A DNA stretch of 64,000 nucleotides. Source: Tubiluchus corallicola. Lineage: Eukaryota > Animalia > Priapulida. The DNA lies in NCBI GenBank assembly GCA_030141605.1, contig JAQGDQ010000077.1, positions 434,001 to 498,000 of the forward strand, written 5' to 3'. Under the pieces are notes generated by a model that saw only the letters and a program-made list of their open reading frames with translations, had not been told where the DNA came from and made no database searches. Position numbers and translations under genes: made by a program. Below are positions 1 to 52,960 of the stretch, piece after piece. Each line of letters starts with the position of its first letter. Within the stretch, counting starts at the first letter, position 1.

Positions 1-69
1 ATGGTGCCGTCGTTGGAACTGTAGCCTCGTCGATTATATATTTATATATGCTAGCGAAATTAATATATA

Positions 70-1532
70 CGATTGACTGCAATACTACAATACAAAATAA
101 TTTCAGAAAAAAAATTTTGGTGACAATGTTTATTTTCGTTTAGACATTTTGGGACAATTGACGTCTAACATAATGTCAATCATTTTCGTTGACTGCCCAG
201 TCAGCGTGCAAGTTATTTCACACACCCTGCAGCAGATACGTACGGGTCATTTAGCTACAACTCCGTCTAGCACTGTTATGAAAAATGCTCAACTTTTCAT
301 TAGTTAGCGGGAGAAATATTAGCCTGCTTCTAGATTTTATTATTGTCAATTGAAATTGCAATTGAACTGGTAAAAATATGTAGTCTAGCTTCGTTTGTAG
401 GAAGAAATGCACAGTGCATACGTCTATGAGTTGCTGATCAAACCATTTTGCAATCAAAAAAATACGCAATTTAGTTTAGTTTATGACTTTTGTAAATTAG
501 ATAAAAACAACTATTTGATTAACTTTAAATAAGGACAAAACAATGTTTTCTTTCCTGGCTAGTTTTTTAAACCTCAATGAGATCTTCACAGTCAAAATTA
601 ATGCAAATTAGGGTCAAAACTTATATTATACGTCAATATAATATTAGCTAATTTTACGCTCTTTTTCTGGTTATAATCAAGGTTAAAAGATACAATTGGG
701 ACTTATGTGACTCGGGCGTTCAATATAAGAGTCGTCTATGGAATGGAACAGTCAAATTTATTCCATTTCCGTAGCTTGACAAACGGAAAAACGTAATAAA
801 TCTTGCAGACGAGCACATGATCAATTAATGTAGAAAAATACATCGCAGGCTTGATGTTCGTAGTTTATTGGCAAGAGAGACTTAATATTTTTGGTGCTCA
901 TTTTTTGTTAATTCCGTTCTTAAAATAGCTGCTGCTCTGCAAATTTGTGTTTATGAAAAAGAGCAATCTGTTTATCTGCTGATTGACATTAGTTGTGACT
1001 GTCATGTTGTTTAGTTTAGTCAGCTTAGCTTCGACAGTTGTCCTGCGTGAGCTGCTGTCCCGAATGCTACTGAGCGTTCTTACTTTGCAAGGGGGGCGGA
1101 GCGATAGACCAATACGTTTGACGTCAATTGGAACAGACACAAGTAACTTGTATATTACGCGTTTCATTACGTAAAATAAGTAACTGAATTGATCACTTGG
1201 ATTACTTAAGTGCACTTCATTATATATAAATTATATATATATATTATGTTATATTCATATTAATATGTTATATTATATTAATATAATAATAACATAATAT
1301 TATATTGGTGTATAATATTATGTTATGTTATATTAATATAATTTATATATAATGAAGTGCACTTAAGTTATCTAAGTGATCAATTTAGTTAGTTATTTTA
1401 TGTAATCAAACACGTAATATACAAGTTGCTTGTGTCGGTTCCAATTATCCCAAATGTCTAAAAGAAAAAAAACATTGTCACCAAGATTTCTTTTCTGAAA
1501 TTATTTTGCATTGTAGTATTGCAGTGAATATC
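70..1532. mobile_element. Foldback/MITE-like element with long inverted arms; left arm split by a nested insertion
   Basis: 75-159 is the reverse complement of ~1443-1527 (actgcaatactacaatacaaaataatttcagaaaa / ttttctgaaattattttgcattgtagtattgcagt). 1126-1235 is the reverse complement of ~1336-1446 (about 110 bp, roughly 90% identical by eye), with an AT-rich spacer between. TA-rich flanks. Confidence 0.75.
160..1125. mobile_element. Non-autonomous DNA transposon (~966 bp) with short TIRs and AATT target-site duplication
   Basis: Ends read AATT|GACGTCTAAC and GTTTGACGTC|AATT, with an imperfect ~22-bp TIR. The mirror arm of the host element shows the empty site (gggat-AATT-ggaacc), so AATT at 156-159 and 1126-1129 is a TSD. 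Confidence 0.7.
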
Positions 1533-1629
1533 CTTATATATACATATATATATATATATGTATATATAAGCTCTGAAGTCGTGGTTGAAAGACCCAATAA
1601 GCAGTATGTGGGTGTTTTTTTCGTTTCAG

Positions 1630-2451
1630 ATGAATCAGCAATGTAAACAACATCCAGCTACTCATGATCACAGTCCTTTGTCAGAAGCTCACCAAGCGGA
1701 CTGTCACGCCACCCATAAAGGTTTATTCTCTGGAATATTTGTCCTGGCAATGACTTTTATGTCAGTTATAATATTCTTCGTGTTTCTTGCATCTGACAGC
1801 AGAGCTGACAGGGAAAAAGCAACACAAACTATTTACTACACGGAGATAGTTTTAAACTCAGTTAGCACTATTTGCTGTATAGCGGCTTTCTTCTACACTT
1901 CTAAGATGAATGTGGATCCCCATGCGATTAAATTCTTAGATGATTTTCTTTTATTGATTCCACTTCCTGCTCACTATTTGATTTGTACTTTTGGCATTAT
2001 TGCTCTTATGTTTCCACGTTTAAAGGAAATGAAACCATGGACCTCTTTAGCCACGTACTTGATAACACTTGTTCAAGTAACAGTCCAAACCACATTCATT
2101 ATGGATGCATTGCGACGCTGCTCCAACACATTGAAACTGCGCCAAGTCAAGCCAGGTCGTGGACTTGTTATGTTTCTGTTGATCTGCAACCTCAGCTTGT
2201 GGTTAGTGGGCACATTCGAGATTAAAGAAGCACATAGCAAACCAATTCAAAGAGACTTCTTCACGTATTTAAACTGGGTGATCATCAGTAATCTGTGTGT
2301 GCCTATGATGATTTTCTATAGGTTTCATTCTGCCGCATGCTTAGCTGATATTTGGCAAGATGCCTATACAGCTGCTGATGAGACATGTGTTCATGAAGAC
2401 CTAAAATTACTTCGAGGCAAGCACGAATTCCAATACGATACTGATGCATAA
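1630..2451 (+). CDS. Otop: Otopetrin-family proton channel, terminal exon copy A (C-terminal domain, ~TM7-TM12), intact
   Basis: Acceptor tttttttcgtttcag|ATG at 1629/1630. 273-codon ORF with otopetrin motifs DCHATHKGLFSG, LDDFLL, QVTVQTTFI, KPGRGLVMFLLICNLSLW, FEIK and PMMIFYRFHSAACLADIW. Stop TAA at 2449-2451. Upstream exons not found in the window. Confidence 0.93.
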   Translation: MNQQCKQHPATHDHSPLSEAHQADCHATHKGLFSGIFVLAMTFMSVIIFFVFLASDSRADREKATQTIYYTEIVLNSVSTICCIAAFFYTSKMNVDPHAIKFLDDFLLLIPLPAHYLICTFGIIALMFPRLKEMKPWTSLATYLITLVQVTVQTTFIMDALRRCSNTLKLRQVKPGRGLVMFLLICNLSLWLVGTFEIKEAHSKPIQRDFFTYLNWVIISNLCVPMMIFYRFHSAACLADIWQDAYTAADETCVHEDLKLLRGKHEFQYDTDA

Positions 2452-2530
2452 TGTGACTTCATGTTATCATCTTAATAAGGTGGAACAAAAGAAAAACGAG
2501 TTGTCAACGTGTAATTTTTTAATACAGAAT

Positions 2531-2536
2531 AATAAA
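2531..2536 (+). terminator. Polyadenylation signal, otopetrin exon copy A
   Basis: AATAAA 80 nt after the stop. The same context (gaataataaagtgc) is conserved downstream of copy B. Confidence 0.6.
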
Positions 2537-3720
2537 GTGCCTTAAATCATGCATAAAAATGTGTCCCTGTTTTTGTTTAATGTTTGGTGTCATTTCGGTG
2601 CCAATAAACTACATATGGCGAGGGTTTGAGACTGTTTTTGTAATTAATTGATTTAAAGTTCTTCAGAGTTATTCAAAACTACGGTAATTGCACTAATGAC
2701 ATATGAGCAACTGCAAATCTTAATGATTGAAAGCAGCACCATATTTGAAATTCCTACAATAATTAGTTATGATTTTCTTAACTGTCTTTTTTCAACGCAC
2801 AAAATGGTTTTTCGGCAACTTACTGATTGGAAAAAAGACAGCTTACGATATTGCAATGGAGAAATTTATTAAGCTTGATAGAAGTATAATTATAACTAAT
2901 TTTAATAAAGTTGTACCAGTAGTCCAATAATGCCGAAGTTTTGGTGTGATGTCCTAATGGCTGGTTGTCTTAAACTAAATGTATGGCCTCTTTAAATACA
3001 TAACATTCAAAGAAGAAATGAAAGCTGCAGTTACTCTAACGAAGGGATCCATCAAGATTTATTGATTCTATTCAGTCAAAGTAGAATAATTGATCATGTC
3101 ACGAATCGGTTATACGCAATTTTTCCAGTCTGTTGATAGAATTAGGATGTCATCTCGACTGGCCTTGAAACTTTTACCTGAAGTCGCAGACTGGCCTCTC
3201 ATTTAGCTACATTTAGATTTTTTACACAAAAAATAATTTGTCATACAAACCTATTAGACAATGTCACATAAACAAAGACACCCAAATACCTTCCTGAGAC
3301 ATCCTATATTGAATTTTAAATTGCAATTTTCGATTGCCTGTGATATGGGATTTTTGCTTTATCAAAGAAGTCAGCCGGCGTTATATTTAATTCTAACAAC
3401 ATAGATGTAATTGTTTATGATATGAGGATAAACTGCCTGGGAATTTCACTTCTTTTAATTATAAGTTACAGTGTTACACAGAAAGCAGCAAAACAATATT
3501 TAGCTTTACACTGACCTGCTTTGTAGCTAATTTTAATATAATTGCATCATGAATGTGTGAATGAAAATTTGGCATCCGTACTCTTATACTAACTTCCATG
3601 CAGAATTGAAGAACATTATTTGATTATGAGTCTATATCACAATATACACAAACACTATTTAATTTCAATTTCATGCAGCAGTGAGAGAATGAAAACAAAG
3701 ACAAGAAAAGAAAAAAGACA

Positions 3721-3938
<218 letters not shown>

Positions 3939-4140
3939 GGCAACAAAAACGTGGTTAAGAAAAACTTTTTTGTTTGCATTGTACTGACAAGTGGTTAAGA
4001 ATGTACAAATTTTCCTTAATGTGTAAATGTTTTTGTTGGTAAATTTTAAAAATTACTAGCAAACATTAAAAAATCAAAAAGTATCAAACATCAAAATACT
4101 AGAAATACCTAAGCGCCTGTCATTCCATTTTTCTTTTCAG

Positions 4141-4915
4141 ATGCATCTACAATGTAAACAACGTTCTGCCAGCCATGACCACAGTCCACTGTCAGAAGCT
4201 CATCAATCAGACTGCCATGCCACTCACAAAGGCTTATTTTCCGGAATATTTATCTTAGCAATGACTTTTATCTCTATTATTATCTTCTTTGTGTTTCTTG
4301 GATCATACAAGAAAGCTGATACAGCTAAAGCAGCAACTACCAATTACTATACTGAGATTGGCTTAAATCTATTGGCTTCTATTTGCTGTTTAGTGGCTTT
4401 TTTCTACACTTCTAAGTTAAATGTTGATCCCCATGCCATCAAATTTTTAGATGACTTTTTACTGTTAATTCCACTGCCTGCTTTTTATTTAATATGCACT
4501 TTTGGCATCATTCCTATTATGTTTACAAACAAAGAAATAACACCTTGGAATGCATTGGCAACGTACTTAATAGCATTGTTTCAAGTAACAATGCAAACCA
4601 CATTTATCATGGATGCACTGAGGCGCTGTTCTATGGATGCACAAATGCGTCAGGTAAAGCCTGGTCGCGGAATCATTATGTTTTTGCTGTTGTGTAACCT
4701 CAGCCTATGGCTGGTTGGTAGTTTCGAGATTAAAGAAGCCCATAGCAAACCCATTCAGAGCGACTTTTTCACGTATTTTCAGTAACCTGTGCGTGCCATT
4801 AATGATTTTCTATAGGTTTCATTCTGCCGCGTGCTTAGCTGATATTTGGCAAGATGCATACACAGCTGCTGATGAGACGTGTGCTTACGAAGAGTCAAAA
4901 TTGCTTCGAAAATGA
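4141..4915 (+). pseudogene. Otop: Otopetrin terminal exon copy B; frameshifted by a 14-nt deletion near 4778
   Basis: Acceptor ttttcttttcag|ATG at the same position and phase as copy A; about 77% aa identity by manual alignment. Copy A reads tattt-aaactgggtgatca-tcagt and copy B reads tattt-tcagt, giving a premature TAA at 4783-4785. The missing SNLCVPLMIFYRFHSAACLADIWQDAY continues in another frame to TGA 4913-4915. Confidence 0.85.
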
Positions 4916-5017
4916 CTGATCTCTAATACGATACTAATGCATGTTCGACTTTGTGTTAATAAGTTGGAACTTAAAAAAGGAAAACGAATTTGTCAAAGGA
5001 TAGTTTTTAGTGAGAAT

Positions 5018-5023
5018 AATAAA
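5018..5023 (+). terminator. Polyadenylation signal, otopetrin exon copy B
   Basis: AATAAA within a 3'UTR block homologous to that of copy A. Confidence 0.55.
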
Positions 5024-5289
5024 GTGCAGTATCATACAATTTAAAAAATTCTTGTGGTTATGGTCAGGCAGGTATTTTCAGGCGACACAGCAGCTGATGA
5101 AACATGTAGCTGAGAGCTGTATCAAGGTAACCCTAGATACCTAGAAAAAGGCTAACAGCCATCTCGTAGAATAAACGACATGTTCTTGATGGCATAATAT
5201 GTAACTTTTTAGATGTTGACCATTGCATATTTGTGAAGCTCTGGAATTCTCATGATCACAAAGGGCCGTGCGGTTTAATTGTGGTCCGT

Positions 5290-5357
5290 GCTGTGTGGCT
5301 TAATCCAATGGTTTGAGTCGGGTTTGTAATCCATTGGTCCCAGGTTCAAACACACGA
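5290..5357 (+). mobile_element. tRNA-derived SINE head (degenerate)
   Basis: A-box-like gtggcttaatccaatgg and B-box-like ggttcaaacac. A similar core (ttgtgatc...ggtcccagattaaaatc) lies at ~41300-41365. No intact cloverleaf. Confidence 0.45.
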
Positions 5358-6003
5358 TCTATACCAATTACTTCACATTTCATGTTTTTCATTCAAGTGT
5401 ATATTCAAAATTTAGTGATGTTGGTTTATTCTACCATTAATAACTTTTCTTTGACTAATATTTTAAATAATTATTTTGGCCGTAATGACAATAATTAGGG
5501 CATTCGACATCAGAAAGAAGCGCTAGAGATGCAACAGTTTAGCAAGTGAGCATTATCCATATAGGGTAGTTTACCCAACTTTTTCGCCAAACAAAATCCA
5601 AAATGGCCACAGTTCAGAATCAGCCACAATACTGGACAATACGTATTATTTTGCTCTACTGACTAATGTGACTCTGAACTGCCCGTCTTAAAAACTGATA
5701 AACGTAAATTATTTAGGAAAGTGTTTGACTTTCAGTTGTAGTATGGTGGGTTTATACAGTGAATAGTATAGAGTATGTAACTGAGTTCGTACAGTCCTGA
5801 AGTAAACCTGCTTACTTTTTCGTTAATATAGCACTTTCTGCTTCTGATTTGTGGTCGAGGGACACGATCGATATACATAGGGAGATCAAATAAACAAAGC
5901 AGTCCTTAGTTTACACGTTCCATGCAAAATGGCAAACGCAACCTCCGAAATCAAAGAAAAATAATCAAAGAAATTTGTTTCAAACAAAACTGCCATAGCA
6001 GCA

Positions 6004-6170
6004 AACTTTATTATCACTTTTCTGAAACTCTATAATAAAGGCAACAACATTTAATTTTATGTAGGAGTACAAATAGACATCAATTAACTTAATAAAAATT
6101 TATTATCCCTTTTCCGAAACGCTATAATAAAGGCAACAACATTTAATTTTATGTTGGGGAAGTACAAACA
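6004..6170. repeat. Direct duplication of a ~70-bp unit
   Basis: tttattatc..tttc.gaaac.ctataataaaggcaacaacatttaattttatgt...agtacaaa occurs twice, about 93 bp apart. Confidence 0.85.
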
Positions 6171-7660
6171 ATTAAGTTCACTTAAGTTTAGGATCTATTT
6201 ATATACCTCTTTTGGTACCTAGACAATTCCAGTTATACGAAATAGTAATTACAGTGAAATTATACTTCTTCAGTAATTATACTGAAAAGTATAAAAGTAG
6301 CCAGTGAAGTAGACCTTAGTGCGATGTCAAAGTAGGCAAACCTATGTAGTAGCAATTACATAATCTGGGACTATACTTATTTTGTTTATGTAGTTTTATT
6401 TTCTGCTTAGCATTTTAGATCAATTGCAAAAAATTGCCGCGTAAATAAAAAATAACGCATCATTTATTAAAATGTGAAAAAAATCGCCTCCTGTAACTGA
6501 AAAAGAATACGAAAACATGCCACAATTATCGATTTTGCATATTGTGAAAGTCTGGGAAATGTAGTGACAGGTATCTTACATCAGTCTGTCTAAACCAAAA
6601 AAAGGTTCATAATGAAGACGCGGGGGTGCCTCATCACAGAAAGACTTGATTTGAAACCACTGTAAAACATGCACCAAAAGGCGCTGTGATCGATGGCCAG
6701 GCTCATGTTTTGAGGATGACGGAACACGGTTCTGGTCAACTAATGTAAAATAGCATAAAAGTATTAACAATAAATGAAAACTAACTTTCTTGCCAGCTGA
6801 ACAAAAAGGATCACCAAAAAAATTAGCGATATAAGTTTCGCGGTAGGACAATCGCGAAGTTAAACTCTTTACTTGCTTAAAGCTAAAAATTAATCTTGAA
6901 ATTTTGTATCACCTACGTGCCGTCTTATTGCACATAGAGCTTATTTTAGCAGCAACGCTGTATAATATATTATTTGAAATTTAAGCTCTGACCATTAGAC
7001 GTAGCTTTTGACATCAATCGTTTGAAGCAAATTTAAATAACATTGTGTAAAGGTCAAAAACATAATCATTTGCAACTCGCACTTTATTAACTAAGCAAAA
7101 GTATAAACTACTTGACCTTGTCAATAAAATGGTGACATATTTTTTGTGAGCCAGTGACGATTTCACCAGCTGGTGCGAACATTTTAAATTATTAAGAATT
7201 TTCGTTGTGCTAAATCATTATAACTTTGTGAAGAAAGTTTTGTGAGACGTACTTTAAAATTCTATTTTCTTCCCCTTTAAAAGTTAACGTTGCCGCCAGA
7301 ACAGTGACAAGCTGTTTCAATCAGAAATAGCTTTAGTGCACTCATTCAATGTAAAACAATGATTAAACATTCGCTCAAACAAGTTTCTTGGCTTGTTTTT
7401 AAAAACTGCAATCTTGTAAAAAGTTATTTTCTGTAGGTCGATGGTAGAGGCGCTGAATCCGGTAAAAAATAATTTCTGTACTATAAATTCTTCTTAACTG
7501 TTTACAGAGGTAAGTTTGTTGTCTCTTGCCACTTAACACAACTCTCAACTGCTGTTTGAAGTCACTGATAAAAGCTAGCTTCTCAGGTACATTTACTGTT
7601 TATACAAAAGTACATTTACATTATTCATACAAACGTTTCTGGAAATACAAGTATTGTAAG

Positions 7661-7666
7661 TTTATT
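7661..7666 (-). terminator. Candidate polyadenylation signal of the guanylyl cyclase gene
   Basis: AATAAA on the - strand about 350 nt downstream of the stop codon at 8016-8018. Confidence 0.4.
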
Positions 7667-8015
7667 ATAAACTCTGACAGTTATTACAATATGTACACTA
7701 TGTACATACAGGCTGATTAGGTACTCCTGCTTGTGCCAACTCAGGAAGCCTACCCAATCTCATTATTGGCGACGGGGGGGGGGGGGCTGGTGTGTTTGTA
7801 GATTAAAATGAGCAAAGGGTGTAGATACATTAATTGTCTACAACACTTGTCTAAGCATCAGTTTTAATATAGTCTAAAGTTTGAGCTCATTAGTTTGAAA
7901 AACTGAGTGCATTAATCTTGAGGCCCATGGTCTTTCTACCATAAAATTACGTTGATTAATTTTCATTGTAAATTCAGTCACTCAGTTAATACTGACAATT
8001 GTGTTCTTGTTGATG

Positions 8016-48199
<40,184 letters not shown>

Positions 48200-51100
48200 C
48201 TAAAAATAGAAAAAATATCCTTGATGTAATGCAGATGGTAAAATTGAGAAATATGCTATTAATAATATTTCTATTTATCATAACCATCGTAACTTATATA
48301 AGTAAAATAATTCTTGTTATTCATAAAAGTCATTAAGTTAATTGGTTTATAAAAAGCGTCCAAAAACCTTTGATCGAAGCTGTAGGGCTCAAAACAATTT
48401 CTTAACATTCTGAGAATATCTCGCTTTTCCCAGAAAAGTCATTGCGTGGATGATGCATGTCTATATAAAGTTGCTCGTAAACAAAGTTACAAATATAACT
48501 TTGAGAGAAACAGGAGACTGACAAAAACATCGAAACGTTATCCGTATTATATATTACTAAGTCCTAATTACTGCTTACATGGTGCGACTTTTAATTACAG
48601 CTGTAGCATGAGTCAGACGTATGCGTCTAAAACATGCCGTGTAAACTTTACACGATACGATTTTATGACTTATGCAATAGAGCATACACAGGACGTATAC
48701 GTTCTAATTTCTTACGACATCATAAGCAAGAAGCAATAGATCTGACCAATCAGATAGGTGAGACCGGGTACGTGGTACGTGTTCAGTAAGTACTAAATTT
48801 AAAGGAAAGAAAAACCGTATCCCCTGTTGATTGCAAAGCAAACGGATAGCAATGACATTTTTTTCAAAAACGTCTCTACAAAAAACTGTTTGGGCATTAA
48901 ATGGCTTGACAGAATATCCAAAGATGAGATCTGTATGATGTGATGAAGAAGATGCATTGGGTTGGGCATGCACTAAGACTAGCTCAAGAATCTCCTCTTC
49001 AAACAACGCAAAGCTGTTGAAACAAGAAAAATGCCGAGAAAGGATCAGCTACTGATATATATATAGCGACTTACCGCAAAAAAATAGAAAATGCAACTGT
49101 AGACTTTAGGGATGATGCATCGTGACGGCAGATAGGAGTGCGTGGCATCAACAGGTGGCGAGTACCATGTTTTGGAACGTAAAAACACCACCGACACGAC
49201 ATCGACGACAATTGATTATAAACAGTGTTAGCTGTGGGATTTAATTTTGCTAATTGTTGACGTTCTTTTTATAAATCATTAATCCAGTTGGAAAATAAAC
49301 ATTTTTTAAATCATATTTTTTAATGGTGCGAATTTTCATTTGGATGATGCCAATTGACAATCAAAAAATGATTATTTAGAAATCGGTGATTTCTATTTTA
49401 TGAAAGAATATGTGGCTTTGCTAATACAGCTTTGCTTTAATTTTCTGAAAAATTTAAAGTGTTACTAATAACACTACTTTGCTAGCCTATGTATATATAG
49501 CCTATATAATTTGTCTAGCAAGACGTATCATTACATATAATATAATTTTACTGCGATATTAGTTACAATCGTGAATATTTACAGAAGTTGAAAGTTGATT
49601 AAAGATGAATACTTCCACAAAGTTTATCAACTTGATACAAATATTTGGCTTTATTTATAGTGAATTGTACCAGAAATAGTGATTATGATGTCATGAACAT
49701 AATCAGTATATTTAGTTTCGGGAAAAATAAGACCGCATGAGTAAGAGTTTGAACAGCATTCAAATCACAAAATTGACATATTCTATTTTCCCGTCTGGTA
49801 AAATCTGCAAAAATTGCACACATCGTAAGAAACGTGCGTGTCCTCTGTCAGAAGTATAGGCCTATTAGAAATACTGGCCAAAGACAACTGACGAAGAATC
49901 AACAAAACAAGTCTAAATTTGACACAGCAACAGTTTGTAGCAACACCATGAGAGAAAAAATAAAATACACGTGTATAACAAAAATCTGTTTTTATTTTAT
50001 TTGAAAAGTAAAATATTAATTTAAACCATGACTTGTTCCAACCCTGTCATTCAAATCAAGATAGAGCAGTCTGGTCTACTGCCAAAAGCCGAAAGGTCAA
50101 AAATAAACGTTCTGCAGCAGAAATTGATTTTCTCTTATTAGTTGAAGAAATTTAATTCTTGGTGTGACCTTTTCAAGGAGTACAAGAAAAGACACTATGG
50201 CAATTTGCTTTACGCGTCGACCCCATTGTAGCTTATTGTAAAGTGCATCAGTACGTCAGAACGTATTGTGTAAACACGTAAGATTCGCCCAGTCGCTCTT
50301 GCTTCCAAGATGTATGTGAAAACCGCATAAGTGTTGGACGCACCCGTGCGTTTCTTTTCATCATTGTTATCTTTGAAGATGTTTGTTATCACGATCCAAG
50401 AGTGGTCGTTCGTGGCGTTTAAAAAGATTTAATCCTACGATATTTCAATCTGATCTTCACTATCTTTGCATTCGTAATTGGATAATTTTTTAGTTGCACA
50501 TCGTCAAATAACTCAGTAGGTTAAACATTTAGGCTTACTGCTTTAACAGAAGTAACTAACTTAGAGATCTTGATTTTACCCACATCAGTAGCTTCACAAA
50601 GTGTGCATTGCTTAACTTTTATGCAAAACCACGAGACTACGTCAGTGTTGTGTTATTACGACTTAATTAATCCTCTTACGTAGTGATTTTGATCTTACAA
50701 ATCAATGTAGACTTAAATCTACGTTGCAAATTAGTGAATGTTTTGTATGTATCGCCCACGCAGATATAATTATGACGTGTACGTCTTTATTTGATTTCCG
50801 TGTCGCCAGTCTTCCGCTTTACGAACGATTGAACAGGTGAATTAATACGTGCGAATACCTGCACAGGTTGAAGCCCGACTACAGAGAAGACGCCGACCTT
50901 TAATCATTTGCACCTGTAGTCAGTGACGCAGGAAGATGTGTATGAATAACGTGTTGATGAAAGCAATTTTACAATGCCCTCGACGAAGCGACAACAACCT
51001 GATTTCGGATAATTAATGTATGAAGTTCTGTGCTAATTCTCATTTAGCCTCTAAGCAAGTATGCTCAATACTCACTGGTCAGTCACTGAAAAATGCTACA

Positions 51101-51695
51101 TTTTCTAGTGGTGCTTGTTAGCCAGTGCCATATTTTAATGAATGAATAATTACAGCAGTTACATTGTTGAAACATGTAATTTTTATATGAAGAACTGTTC
51201 CTCACTATGAATGTTTTGATTTTGCTTATGTACATTAACCTTATTATTAGCTTATTCGGATATAGTATGAAGCTACCGTGATATTAACAGCGTAACAACT
51301 TGATAATTAGACATTTGATCTTCATGACTATGCTGCAAGTGTAGTAAATTCTCACTTTATACTGAGATCTCCGATTCCTAAACATTTCTTGTATGTCTTG
51401 TGCATAGATGTTTTAACACATACATACATTTTGTACAAATACTTTGTGAATTTTGTGTAATTGTATGTAATATATATTTGTGTATGTCACTGACTTCTCG
51501 TGATTGCTATAGTTGAACAAGTTTAATTCATTAAAAGTTTAATTCTGTTGCACTAAATCTACAAATAAAATGGCAAATAAAAAATTATGATATTCGTTGT
51601 CGTGGTCGTGATCGTCGATGTCATCGTCATCACCACCACCACCACCACCACCATCACCACCACCATCATCATCACCATCATCATCATCATCATCA

Positions 51696-52960
51696 GCTTT
51701 TTATTAAGAGTGTTTAAAACTTTTGTAATTTCGGTGAAAGAAGACGAAAAGGATGTGTTTTGGAAAGATAGCGAATTTACCTATTTGTTTTTTGAGTTAA
51801 AAAGCTTTTCCCTTGCCCAGAAATTTGTCTCACAGTTTGATGAACAAAGCAGAGTAACCACGCGCGTGGCAGTCAAGTATCAACTACAGATCTACCCCCT
51901 TCACTAGTACATGTATAAAGGCTCATTAAACTGTTACTATCAGCTTCTTATCCGATGTGACCATACATACCTTGAGCATGCTTAAGCAAATTATGAAAAA
52001 TAAAAAAACTAAAATATTTGCTCAATAGATATGTCTACTAATAAATTCTACCACTCTTACATACATAAGTAACATAAATTATGTGTGTTTTCACCACGTT
52101 TATTGATTTTTTTCGCTATTCACAGCATTTAATACTGTGTCATTTTAAAAGTTATTACATGCATACAAAATTTAGATTTTAAACATTTTTAAACACTCTT
52201 ACCATCATCATCATCATCATCATCATCATCGTCGTCGTCATCATTACCATCATCATCATCATCATCAATCTATATGCACATTCAATACGAACACAACGAC
52301 AACCCAGGATAAGAAATTTCGTGAGCGCCAATTTCAGCTATTGTTCTCCTTTGCATTTATTATTACTCTGTCATTAAAATTTGCTTAAAGCTAAAAGGTT
52401 TAAAATAAATTTCGCATAGTATTCACATGTATTTAGGGTATTGCTTTTTGCCTAAAGTATTTAGCGACATTAGCAAACGCAAGAAGAACTACAAACTGGC
52501 TTTCCTGGCAACTCTAGTAACTCCAGTTCGTACTCGAGTTTTTGAATGACACGTGGCGAATCGTAGCAAGACTAATACGCATGGTGAAAAGCACGTAATT
52601 TGTAATTTACGTGGGAGTGGTAGAATTCATTAGTAGACCTATACATTGAAGAAATTTTGCGTTTTTTTTTATTAATGATAATTTGCTTAAGCGTGCTCAA
52701 GGTAATTGCGGTCAAATTGGATAAGAAGCTGATGGTAACAGTTTAACGAGCTTTTATATAAGGGAAGTGGGAGGGTGGATCCATGACTGATGCTTGACTG
52801 CTACTTCTGCTTTGTTCATCAAACCGTGAGACAAATTTCTGGACAGGTGAAAACTTTTTTAATCAAAAATAAATGGGCAAACGGTCAAATTCGCTACCTT
52901 TCCAAAACCCGCCGTCTTCTTTCACCGAAATTACAATTTTAAACATTTTCAACAAAAAGC
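51696..52960. mobile_element. Foldback/MITE-like element with ~165-bp inverted arms
   Basis: 51696-51858 (tgtaatttcggtgaaagaagacg...ccagaaatttgtctcacagtttgatgaacaaagcaga) is the reverse complement of 52800-52960; spacer about 940 bp. Confidence 0.75.

Noticed and set aside
1585-1629. N-terminal extension of the 288-aa otopetrin ORF
   Set aside because: Intronic polypyrimidine tract and acceptor; homology with copy B begins exactly at 1630.
4654-4782. Cryptic intron (cag|gtaaag ... tattttcag|) that might rescue the copy B frameshift
   Set aside because: The donor is phase 0 and the acceptor is followed by TAA, so splicing gives an immediate stop and would also delete TM11.
5290-5357. tRNA gene
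   Set aside because: A/B-box-like motifs only; acceptor and D stems do not pair, so it is treated as a SINE head.
7715-7764. SECIS-like element (ATGA followed by a hairpin) in the cyclase 3'UTR
   Set aside because: Lacks the apical AA at the required spacing and the 3' GA quartet partner; no in-frame internal TGA in the gene.
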